Shown piece by piece: positions 12,320 to 25,800 of a stretch of DNA of 64,000 nucleotides. Source of the DNA: Adineta vaga (Eukaryota > Animalia > Rotifera); assembly GCA_021613535.1 (NCBI GenBank), contig CP075496.1, positions 11,966,001 through 12,030,000 on the forward strand, given 5' to 3'. The number at the start of each line of letters is the position of its first letter. Position 1 is the first letter of the stretch. The translations under genes and the position numbers were made by a program. The notes beneath the pieces are model-generated. The model made no database searches, had not been told where the DNA came from, and saw only the letters and a list, made by a program, of their open reading frames with translations.

Positions 12320-15300
12320 TTAACATTCAGTTCCACGAACAACAGGTGATGTTAAGGTTTCATACTTGGCTGGTGGAAGGAAAAATGGTGAATTTGGAGA
12401 ATTTTTTTGTAGACTGCTTTGTCTCAGCTTTACAAGACCTGAGCGGATTGTGTCACCGTTTGGTAAACAAACAACATCGGATTGTCCTATACCAGAATCT
12501 GATGATGAGACAAGACGTTCTTCGTAAAGATAGGATGAATTATCTGAACTTCCATTATTTAAACGTGTTCGTGAGTTTGAACGTGAACGTGGTTTAGGTA
12601 ATGGCATAGGATTTTTATCGAGATTTTCTTGAGGTATACGAATTGAACCAAGAGTGGAATAACGTGGTTTTGGTGGAGGTGGTGCACGACGTTTCGTTGA
12701 TGAAGACGAAACAAGAAATGAACCACTCTCAGACATAACATCAGTTGTAGTCGAGTAAACCGGTGAATCATCTTCTTCTTCATTTTGTTCATCCATATCG
12801 TGAGTAAGTTTTCGTGGAGAAATCAATGTACTTGTTGGAGAGATGGGCCCATATTTATTATCATTGAGAGGATTACCATAAAATTTATTATTAAATGTAC
12901 GTGCTCGTGTTGGTACTGTATTAAGATTATTTGTTATTGAATCTTGATCCATATAATGAACGTTAGCTGATTGTTGAGGTTTTTGTTGATGATAAACAGA
13001 GGAAGGAGATGAGGTATGATGAGAATATTTACCATTTAAATGAGTAGGAATATCATAAACGGCTCCATTCTGAAATCGAAGTGAATGATAAACTATCTGA
13101 AAAATTTCATTTCAACGTACTTGATGATGTCGATCATCACCGTTCAGAGCTAGGTGAGTATCGTCTAGAAAAGAGAGAAGATGAAAAAATAGATGTATAG
13201 AGAAAAAAAATTCAAATCATAGAAATTGATTACCAGTTATCGGTTTCAATGATTCGCTCTCGGTCGACGAGCGCGGATATTCTATAGAAGAAAATAGAGG
13301 GAGAAGGATTATAGTATTGTTCAATGAACTAATTGAAATTTCATTTCGTCGAATAAATAAAATAGTAGCACAAAAGAAATAATAACATGCAAAAGATCAT
13401 GCTCGATGTCGATTTATTGATAGCTAATAGTTGATGAACCTACGCCGAAGAAATAGTAGGAAGAGAAAGAGGAGAAGATTGAATTTGATGTACAGAGACA
13501 ATCTGTGATTTTTCCATTGCCAATGGAAATGCTGAAGGATGATGAGAATTTATGAAAAGATTATGTATGAAGACGAACAACTATAAATTGATTCAAGATT
13601 ACTTACTATCTTTTTGATAGAAATTATTTCGATTTGAAAGTTTTGTTCGATCACGATGACATGTTCCACAGAGGCAACAAAGAAAGAAGAATAAGAGGGC
13701 ACCACCAAATATACTACCGATAACAACAAGAATTTTCTTATTAAAAAATGGTTTTTCTGTACGCACTAAAAAGAATATAAAGATTATAGAAATAGAAATA
13801 TCTCTTTAATAATAAACGTTACTTATTGGTTGATTTAAATGAATAACATAACCAAATGTATTAATCGGTAATGATCCATAACGATTAAATGCAGCAATAC
13901 GATATTCAACAGGTTCACGAAGCGGTATCAATGCAAATATACATGATTTTGTTCGAGCGTCTTCTTCAAACATTTTCTCATGATCTCTACCATTATATTT
14001 AAATAATACACATGTATAACCATCACTATCACCTTGATCATAACTTTTTGCGCAACTAATTGTTGTAGTTGCATTCGATGTATGGGTATCAACCGTACAT
14101 TGCGTGATAGCGTCTGGGACACCTAGCAAAAAAAAGTCATCAAACAAGAACATATTAGAAGAACAAAAAAAACACATAGCATGAGAAAAAGTCATTCGTC
14201 AATAATTATTCAATAGCACAACATGATTATGAAAATCTATCGTGTTTTGTTACGTTAATATGAATAAGAACATGATAAATCTTATAACAAATAATACTGT
14301 TAGAGAACAGTATTCTGGTTCAATAACCGAACAGACTAAATTCATAGTAACTTATACTGATTCAACTCTTATTTTCAGTCAGATGCCTTTAATAAATTTG
14401 ATATGTTCAAACTGAAGTACTAATTTAGTTATTGTACAGATTATCGCTATCTCATTTTGAAAGAATTCAATCATATATAACTTTATGTGTTAAGTGATAG
14501 CTAAAAGCTATTTTCTTATTGATTAGAATTCACACATTATCATACTGAGGAAAAATGATGTTCTGTCGATGTCATAATCATCTTTTGCATTCTCCAATGA
14601 CGTACAATATTAACGGAAAGGAAGCAAGTTTCATGATTGTCAATGAAATTATTGTTTTTTAAGACTTATATAAAATAGCTAAGAAGAAAAGGATGATTTC
14701 ATGTGAAGTACTAATAAAGCAACACTTGAACTCGATAAATTGACTGAATTTAACTTACTTAATAACATATTAGTACATTTTTTCTTTTTTTAAACGTAAA
14801 TTATCAGCTAGGAAAAGAAAACCTTGAATTTTCAATACTATTTATAGTTATAATTATAAACAACGTTATCATTCATTAATGACTTTAGTTCAAAAGAAAA
14901 CAGATCAAAAGTTAGCTTAGAAACTAAAATTAATCATACTATTTAATTAGAAGAAAAAAAACATTTTCTCACCTCCATGAATTAATTCATAATTACATGT
15001 ATCATAACCAATACTATTATTTGCTGTTACATTAAATGCATGAAATTGTTCGGTTGATGTTGGTGTTATATCAAATGTAAAATACATTTGATTTGGCTCA
15101 CTATACGTTCGATGAATAATTGATGATGGTAAACCATTGATTGTGTAACGTATATAAGTTGGATTAGCACGTATAACAGTACAGTTAATCGTACGTGTTT
15201 GATTGACACCTAAGTAGATTTTTCTGGATTTTTCAAGAACAGTTGGTCGAACTAAATCAATAAGAATCATTAGAATATGAAGGATAACAATTTTAAATAA

Positions 15301-16345
15301 GAAAAGAATATTTACATTCAATATAAACTTGTTTTGTTGATGATAAAATAAGTTTTTCATTAACTTGTTTCATATCAACACGACATGTCAGATTTCGTCC
15401 GTTATCTTGTGGTGTTAATCCAGCAATACGATAAGCTTCATAAACAGTTGGTTTAAATTGATTTTTAATAACTGATGGTAGTTGAATACTTCCAGCTAAT
15501 GCCATAATTGTTGGTGGCGGACCACTTTTATCGAAGGCAATATCAAAAGCAGGACGAGGAGAACCATCAGCAGCACAAACAATATCTAATGATTCACCTT
15601 CAATCATAACTAAACAATTATTATTGTCCATTCCACATAGATCATTTGTACGAGTTCGAGATGTCACATGAAGATTACTCAAGTATACATGTTGAATGGG
15701 AGCTAAAAAAACAGAGAAAACATGGCTTCATTTTCAAAGACATCATTCGATAGTTCCATTAATCACTCATCGACGTCTACTACTTCTTCTTTTTTTTTAC
15801 AATAACATACAAAAGTAGTTTATCTTGTTCTAATCATCTACCGTCTAAATAAAATCGCTCGATTGAGAATAAATTGACTGTCTAACAAGTCATTTTTTTT
15901 CTCTGCCTTCGTCTCCCCGTTTTTCTTTTTAGTCAATATAAAAAAATGATACACTATCAAAAAGCAATGATGATTATGTAATTACAGTTTATCTTTTTTT
16001 TTTCTTCGTTCGATTAAACTTACAATAAATCTGAAGTCTTTGCCATTCAGTATCATCTTGTGGACATTTATATAAGCCACTATCATCTTCATTAACATTT
16101 TTTATTCGTAATAAACTTGTACGATATGGATTCGAATATCGATCATCTTTAGTTGGTTCAACAATTAAATTCTTTTTTCCATCAAAACTTCGATATTCAT
16201 AAGCATAAATTGATGTAGAACGATTGTCACATAATTCTGCTATTTCACCATGTTTAACATAAAGTGTACTTTGTTGTCCAAAAGTAAAAGTTATGATAAC
16301 GAAAAAGAAAAATAAAGAAGAGAATAACATCAGATCATTATGCAT
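12320..16345 (-). CDS. Single-pass immunoglobulin-superfamily adhesion/receptor protein (several Ig domains, FN3-like domain, TM, long cytoplasmic tail ending GTEC)
   Basis: Signal peptide MLFSSLFFFFVIITFTFG; Ig motifs DDSGLYKC, IVCAADGSPRP, DNGRNLTC, CTVIRANP, VTANNSIG; FN3-like YRIAAFNRYG; TM ILVVIGSIFGGALLFFFLCCLC at about 13670-13735. Confidence 0.82.
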
Positions 16346-19300
16346 CGTTCATCTAAAATAATTACAAAATCAAATGTATGTTCTTCTCCTCTTTATACAA
16401 AAATGTTAATATCCATCATACAAAAGAAATTAACATTTACTTCAATAATTGAAGAAGATTTGTTCAATGTCAAAGAATGAGAAAGATGATCATACACGTA
16501 TATATAATATGTATATGTGCGAGATAGTCTCCTATTAGTATTGACCTTTAAATACTGAAGGAAGTTGTAGGTAATAATACACGATTACAACTAAAGGAAG
16601 GATAGAAATGAAACTAATTATCGAAAGCAAAATTGTCGACTATCAACCTTGGAAATGTGAGACTGAAAAAAAAGAAGAAGAGATGAGTCAGCTCGTTATT
16701 TATAAGCTCTATAATCATCAGTTTTATCTTTGGTATACCTTGACCATGTAGGCAATAAGCAAGAAAAGAAGTAGAAATGATCCGTTGGGTTAGACGCGAC
16801 ACTTGAAGCTTCTCTTACGCTTTACCATCAATAATTGGTGCCGACAATTATATACCACACATACACAATCCTGCGCGCGAGCGTGTGCGCTCAACATTAT
16901 ATTTTTACTGGCGGTCGTGCGTGTATTATGATTGTTTGCAGGAACAGTAGAAACAAGAAAACGATGATGATGATGACAAAATGTTGACCGTTCATATTGC
17001 ACAATAGTGAGTGTCAATGACATACATGCACGCGAACTGTAGGAAAAGAAAAAAGAAACGGATTGCGATGTTGGCGAGTGACATGATAACATGATTATGT
17101 GTATGTATGCCTATACAAAAACGCCAAGAATGATAATAGCATCCGTGAGACAAACGAACAACAATGAATTATGTTCTATATATATATACCCCATGAGAAA
17201 GAGAAGAAGAAAAAATTAGAAATTTTTGCAAGTAAAGAAAAATCACGTATTATCACGTACCTGCAAACTCCTGTTTAAGACACGCATTTGATACCACCCG
17301 CATATTGAAAACATTCATTCATTCCTCATCTGTAAAATGTCTATTTTACATTCTCTATTAACACGGACGATTAAAAAATGTATAATAATATGATATATAA
17401 TGCATAAAGAATATCATATCACAGTTTGTATATGTATATATATACACATGCATTATAAACGAAACGATATTTTCTCAATACTATTATACTACTATTTTTC
17501 TCTCTCTTTCTATGTCGTTCTTCGATTTTTTTATAGTGCTATTAGACGATGCAAACGACCATGCATGCACATTCATGTAAAATGTAGCTGACATGAACAT
17601 TTCTTCTCTCTTTCTTCTGCAATTTTTTTCCCTCGTTATTCCCAGTCTAGTTGAAAAAAAAGATGACCATCATTACTCGTACGAGAGTAAAAGAAGAGAA
17701 CAGGCATTGAATGAATAGCGTTCTTTCTTCGGTGTCTCGCGTTTTTTTTGTTGTCTCTACATGTATGTGCATTCGCTTCCATTCTTTAATGCAACGAAAC
17801 CCCCACGCACATACATAGTCTCATACATAAAGAGAGACAGAAACAGAGACAGAAAGAAAGACAAAAGAACAAGATGAAAAAATCGAGCACATACAGTTGA
17901 TGGATGAATCCAGATGATGAAACGAGTCAGCCTACCGATGTTGATGCTGGCCGGTCAAAATACGTCCAGCTGTACTTAGTAATAAGAAGAAGAAGAAGAA
18001 GAAGAAAAAAAGAAGAGGGAAGGGAGAGAGGAAAAGAATCATCAGTATGAAACTATAAAGCATAAAAAAGGAAGGATAATATATATATATACTCTTGTAA
18101 TGTGAGTGCAATAACAAGTTTGGAACTAATCTAACGGGTGGATGCTAGATTTGACACTATCATCTATTGTCCGTATTCACGTTGTGAAACACTCAAATTT
18201 GCCCTTTTAAAGAGATACTGACCCCGAATGAAGAGAATAGTATGCGCTCTCCATTCAAGGTCTCAACCTTTTATGAAGATCTATCTTCAGTTGTATTCTC
18301 TTAGTCATTATTTAATCAATTCTATATCAGACGATATACATATACATATATATATATACACTCAATGGAATAGAATTATAGGCGTTCTTCAAGATTCGAC
18401 TCAGTGTGCGAACTAATTCAAGTGGTCACTTACAAATAACTTGCGAAAAAAAAACGATGTCAACAAAACTGTACATGAATGAACATAAATTGATGACGAG
18501 CGCTGCTGTCGATAGTTAACGAGAAAAAAAACGAGAAAAAGAAACATTCAATTTGATTAGTTGCATGTCACCATCATCAATCGACGGGTACACACATCCA
18601 CACTCACTCACATATAGTCTTAACTATCGGCGTTTTGTTGGTGCTGTTGCATAAGTTTATGTGTACATCGCATACAGTCAATAAACGATCAAATTACACA
18701 CTCGATATGCACGCAAGAAAGAAAGACCCATCTCTTCGACGCCTCTCCACAATCGATATCTCCTTTGAAGCAGAAAAAGACAGTAACAATCAAAATTGAC
18801 TTTTACATTTTTTTTTGTGCTTGTCATATCGTTATCGCTTATGTCAACCATTTCATTAAGTTTGTCTTTTCTCTCGTTCATTTTTATCACATACGTATAT
18901 GTGACAATACAAGGTTTCGTAGATGCATATGCGGAAGAAAGAGAAAAAAAAATGAAGAAATAAAACAGTTTTACTAGCCTTTTCTTCCAACTAAATCTAT
19001 GTATTTTATTGGATTCTTAAATAAATCGATTTGGTCTTTAAATCAACAGTAATGAACAAAGAAAATGAAGAGACAGACAGAAAAGAAAGAAAAGTCAAAA
19101 ATTCCGTTCATTATTCTTTTGTCTTGTTAAAATATCTCTTTGATTGGTTTGAAGTTTAACCAATGAACATTATATTAAAGTTTAGTTTTTTTTAAATTCG
19201 ATTATAATTAAACTGCATTAATGATTAATTCTTTAACAAAAACATATAATAGCTTACTGTTAGAATCAATTTGACAAACTTGTCCTATATAAGTGGATTC

Positions 19301-19863
19301 TTCTTCTAGATCTAGTTACATCTTATCAAATTAGAAAATTTTCATTATTCTTTATCAAATTCAACGCAATCGTTCCTTGTTTGTATCTGTACGGCAATTG
19401 AAAAGCTGCTTATAAAAAGAAATCTGTCGTAGAAAAAAAGAAAAAGAAAAAAACAGAACAAGCAACAAATATTTTTATCACGTGTGTGAAGAAACGATGA
19501 TGCAGACGATACTTCTTTCTTGGTAAATAAAGTATTCATTGCTTTCTTTTTGTTTCAATATATTTCACAAAAACACTAAAAAAGCAGTAATATCATTTTT
19601 ATTACAGATGGCTTTGAAATATATGAATCACTACTATCGTGATGAAACGCAGTGCTCACACGGCAAACTCTTCGTTAATCGAAACTACCAATAATAATTC
19701 TCCTAAACGCTCCTGTACTCAACGAAATAAACTTTGTGTCGCCAGGTATATATTTATTTAAGTGACATCAAAACAATGTTTTCTTCTTTTTTCTTCTTCT
19801 TACAATTAAAATTTTAGTTCCCGAAGCATTTATTCTTCATTATTAGCAACTGACCTCCTTACA

Positions 19864-22800
19864 ATGGAAGATCATATTCAATCCTTAATATCCATGGGAT
19901 TTGTAGATCGAGATTTGAATCGTAAAGTTTTAATTCAAGCAAATAATGATATAAGTGAAGCTGTGACTCTTCTCACTACTTCAAACTATTACAATGATGA
20001 TATTCGTAAACCAACGGAAACAACAACATCAACGTTCATCGGTCCACGTACGAAAGAACAAGTCGAACAAGAGCAACAACAAACTGTAAGAAAAAAAAAA
20101 GAAAAATGTGACAAAGCAAGGAAGATAAGAGAAGAAAAAGAAAAGAGAAAAATAAGCTGAATATGTTTTCGGGAATTTTATTCTATTTATTTTTTATCGT
20201 CGGACAACTCATGGGAGGTTTAAAAAAGAAACTTATGAATAAAATATTCAAATCAAAAATTAAAGTTTAGATTTGAAAACAAAAACTCAGAAACTAGAAA
20301 GAAATCTATTCCTCTGATCTTTTTTTATAGGTTCCATCAAATCAAACTACGACTACGAATGATTCGAATTCCAACACGTCTGATGACGTGACAATCAATA
20401 ATTTTGATTCGTTTACTACAAATGCATTTCTTGATTTGGAAACAAAAGTCTATGGTGATAATTGGTCTATTCCTTACAAACGTAAATATGATTCTTAAAT
20501 TTCGATACGATAGGAGTAATGAGTTATATGGCAAGGAAGTATACAATACTTCTGTGTACTTATGTCTTCCATCGAACTAAAAAAAATATCGCGTATTTGC
20601 ATATAATAATCTTGTTTTCTATAGGTGATGAATCTCTTGGTCAATGTCTTCTTTCGGCGACCAAACTTGCTCTCGAAGGTAAATTTATTTCATCTAAGGT
20701 TACGTCTATCTCTAATATTATTCTTCTCTATTCTATTTGTAGGCAAAGCTGATGAAGATAAAAATTGTGTTAGATTTATGGAAGATTTAATACCTGAAGC
20801 TTTCCGAAAAGTAAGAAACAGAAAAAATGATTTTATTTTCAACATTCTCTTATATTCTTTCGTTCTTTATCTAGCTACAATGTACTCATCATGTGAATAA
20901 TTGGGCCGTAGAAATTCAATTAGGTGTTTTCGAAATGGTGGAATTATTAGTTGATTTAATCGCTGCACGTTTATCCTATTCACCAGTTCCTGTAAAATTA
21001 CTTGAAACATTAGCGATCATATTTGATTATGATTCGACTTTTCAACGAAAACATCGATCAAAACCATATGATCGAAATTTATATGATAAACAATTAGGTG
21101 ATCAAATTTTAGCTAATTCACCATCATCATTTTCATTTTCAGTCTATAATCGAAATGAAACATACGGTTGGTTATGTCAATTAATTAATCGTTTTGTTGT
21201 TAAAGATGGTATTACAAATTTAAAAGAACAATTCGAAAGTGAAAAACCATTAACAGCTTCAGTAAAAGAAAATCATACTAAAACATACATATACATATAT
21301 TCAATTGAATTCTTTTAGGAATATAATGCATTACTTATACCATTTGTTAATTGTATGGATTATCTTTTGTTAGATCGTTATCGACAATTATTTAGTGAAC
21401 ACATTGAACAAGCCATTACATATATTCAAAATCTAAAAGAAGAAGATTTTAAAGCAAAAGTTTGTTCGATACATCTATTTGTCAACGAAAAAAAAATGAA
21501 TCGTTTTCTTTTTCTCTCAATCAATTCTAGTCTACAAATTATATATTTGAATTGTTAACAACATTACGTAAAATATGTTCTGTTGTTTGGTTAAATCGTA
21601 TTGATCAGCTTGAACAACTTCATTTAAACTTGTTATTTAAAATGATTGCATTATCGAATTTTAATGCTAAAATGAATTCATTAAAAGAAGTAAATTAAAA
21701 AAGAAAAGAAATCGATTCGAAAAACGAAAATATTTATTTTAGTTAGCAAAACTAATTGAAAATGCTTCGTTCAATTCACAAAGTACATCGAAATCATCGA
21801 TGCGACGTGATGTTATTAGTGACTGGATTATTGAAAATTCGATACTTTCGAAAGCATTGGAAGGTAAGTAAAAGTAAAATATAGGATAAGAATTCTTTCA
21901 TATTTTTTTGATTATCATTAGGAAATATTGATCAAAATCAATATGTAGATAAAGTTCGAATCTTATTGGATTTTATTGCACCAAGAATTCTTAAAGAAGA
22001 AATTGAAACTATATGGAAAATGCAGGTAAAGTTTTGCTATCTAAAACGATAAAGTACTTACTAAGAACGATGTATCTTATGTTCGAGAACATTCAATCAA
22101 TGAAAAGAGAACTTTAGTAACGATTAATGTTAATCAATGCTGGGTTATTTCATAGAATAATCGATATTAGAGAAGAACTTACGCAATAATGTCGATCATA
22201 TACATTCTAACTCACACGGGAAGGACTAATAATCGAATTAGCTACTATGCTAAATATATAATACATTGATTCAGTCTAGGGAAATCAAGAGAAAAATCTA
22301 GATAGCTTGTATCATATACTAAACATGAAGATAATGTGAAAGGAAAATCAGTCGGCGTTATAATTAGCATAGTCATAAAATATTCAAGAAATTTACTTAA
22401 GTTTTATCAAACTAATCTTTCTTTTCTTTTGCACTTATATAATAAGTGAAGCTGTTAAGGACAACAAATCAGTCAAATATACATCGAAAAATTGATATTC
22501 GTTTACTTTAATAATACTGTTAAAATCATTATCTGATCTTTAGCATGGCCGTTCACTAGTTGCTGTTGATCATTTATTTACATTGATAGCATCAGCTGCA
22601 GCAAAGTTTAATCTACAACAATTAAACTTTTTAATTGAATTCATTTGTAGTGTAAGTTGTCTATTTCGAATATATTTCAAAATTATGAATATATCTTTAT
22701 TATTTAAAGTCGTGGAAAATTGAAACAGATCTTATTCAAGAAAAATTGATTGAACTATTGGGTGCTATTGGCCGAGAATGTCAAAAAGAATCAGCTGCTC

Positions 22801-25800
22801 GAATTCTAGAAGTTCTTTGGGATATGGCACATGAAGATCGTCTTAGCCGATATATGCTTGATCATATTCTTTATTCTCATTTACATATATTTAGTGAAGG
22901 TCGTTCACCTTACGATGGATTAAAACGTGATTATTGTTTAAAATGTGTAGCTGATTTACAACGTAAACAAGGTTGGCTTGTTCCAGCTATCAAACATTTA
23001 TATGATCTATTACGACATGATTCAACAAATACATTTAAACGTACAGATCAAGATCTGATTTCATTATTAGTTCAAAAACATGATTTAATATTTGCATTAA
23101 TTCAAAGTTTATCAACATGTCAATTAGATGTTTGGAAGAAAACTCAAGGACATGTCACAATTGATACATTAGTCGATGGTCGTTATACACATGAAGAATC
23201 GATTAAAAATCATTTAGATTTATTATCATTTCTATTAAAAAAAGGTAATCTATTTTTAATTTTAAAACGTGCTGAAGAATTATGGGATACATTGATATCC
23301 AATGAACATGTTAGTTCATTTGATCATGAACTTGGTTTGAATTGGTTTATTACATGTTCAGAAGATCTTAATCGAGATTCTCAAAAGACTCTATTTGAAG
23401 AACGTGTGGCTAAACTTGATCCAATTCATCTAACACCAAAAGGTATAAATTATTAAATTGAAGAAATTCATTTCATCGATTTCATCTTAAATTAGGTTAT
23501 GCGTGTTTTAAATTGTATTTTGAACGATGTGATTCAGAACGACGAAGTCAATCAAGAAATTTCGTTTATAATTCCAGTTCATCAGCATCAGTAAATGTAA
23601 GCGAATGAATAATTGCTTGGAATAAATTTCAAATTTGATTATATAGGATGCAACTACGGAATATTACGGTATTAATGAATTATGGAATATAATCTTATGT
23701 GTCAATAATGATAATTTAGCTAATGATGCAACTAGATTTTTACTTGAATTATATTATACAAAACAACCCAATCGTAGTCGTCGTACAACGGCTCAAATAC
23801 TTCATGAATATTTTCTTAAAGAAGTTTATAGACGTTTAAGTTATTTACTTAATACCGCTGTTCCGCCATCTACATCGTTAACAGATGAAATGGAAAAATT
23901 CTATAGATCTTTAAAGATTTATGGTGAACAATTTATTTCGACAGAACCGTATACAAATCAGTTATCAGATACAACTGAAATTGATAATGCTTTATGGTTA
24001 CAAAAAACAGAACGTCTATTAATGATAACTGAAGCATATATTCATCTTGTCGAACATGAACATTCTCCAACAGCACATATAGCATCATTTTATGGTTTAG
24101 AATATCAAATTAAAATTACTTTGGATGAATTTGGTAAAACAAATTGTTCCTATGATATTGTTACTGTGCATTCAAATGATACACTTGAAATGTTACGTAT
24201 ACGTCTTGGAGAATTTTATAAAGTTTTATCTTATGATATTCATATTTCCATACAAAATACTCGTCCATTACCACAATCATATGATCATTTTGGAACGAAT
24301 TCTAATGCTATACCGTTATCATATTCATCTAATAATCAATTGACAACTACGACAAATAACAATATTACTACTACTACTACTAATAATAATAATAATGTTC
24401 TGGATTCTCGATATAATTCAAAATATCTATATCAACTTCATATGACACCTGGAACACTTGTTTATATTAAAATCTTAGGTAATACATCAAATCAACCAAT
24501 AAGATCAATAAATTCTGAACCAAAACGTATTCATGTAAATGATTCATCCTATGTATCAACTATACGTAGAAGAAATAATCTTAATGCTAATGATGATATA
24601 ACACGTTTAGTACCATCGAATATGATGGCAGAAAATTTCAAAGTTTATGATATACTTTATAAATTATCTTTTTTAAATGATCAAACTATTCATCAACGTA
24701 TACGAAATCTTCTTTATCTGATGCGATCCGATAGTCGTATTCATGAGTTTCTCGATTTGCTTTCCACGCGTAGTACAAATACATACACAAGCGAAGAAGA
24801 AGAACAACAACAATCAACTGAAACGAATAATGATGAAAATAATCAATCAATAAATCTTCGACAAGCCATTGCACGTATACTTGATATCAATCATTATAGT
24901 TTCATTCAATTGTTATATAATCTTGAAATTTTGTCAAGTCGAATATTACCTCTATCAACAAATGATGGTATAAAACAAAGTTCAAAACTATTTCGACAAG
25001 ATTTTATTGAACACTCAGGAATCGATTCATTACTTCAATTACTTCATTCAATGGGTGATCGTATATCTGATGAATATGAATATTCTTTATGTGAAGAAAT
25101 ATCATTAATAATTCTACAACTTATTCAATTCCTTGTTTGTGGTAATAATAATCAATCCAATGATATTCTTTCATCATCTCTATCAATGCAAATATCACCA
25201 ATAGCATCATCACCGTTGCAAATATCTCAAACAGCAAATGATAATATACCTGAAACTATTGAATTAGATTTTCAAGGAACTATTGAACATTTGTCCTTCG
25301 AAACATTCGTTGAACAAATTCAACAATTAATTTTCTTATGTTGGGCAGCAGCAGCTGGAAATATACGATTACATGGACAAAATTTAACTATAAAAGAACA
25401 AGTGAAATTAGATCGTTATACATTATTACAGCAAATCAATACGAATGTTAAAAATCGAAGTAGTAGTAAAAGTTCTCTATCGAATGAATCATCACCGAAT
25501 AATAGTGAACATAGGACAGTACAATTTGGTATATGTGTAAAAACTAATTCACTTCTAACAATGGATAGTGAAATAGCAGAAAAATCAATTGAAATTATTA
25601 CATATTGCTTTGAAAAACGACCTGAATATATTGGTAAATATAAAATTTATTCCTATGTATTCATTTTATTAACATATTTGCTTCATTTTTCTAGCAACTT
25701 TTCTTGTTCAACCATTTTTTGCTGATTTTCTTTTGGAAATTCTAATTGGTACTCCTTCGCATTCAGTTCGTCAATGTGCATTACTGAATATAAATCGTTT

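Noticed and set aside
16350-19860. Many short ORFs in the 3.5 kb divergent region between the Ig gene and USP24
   Set aside because: Low-complexity F/K/I-rich translations of AT-rich regulatory or UTR-intron DNA, with no motifs or consistent exon chain.
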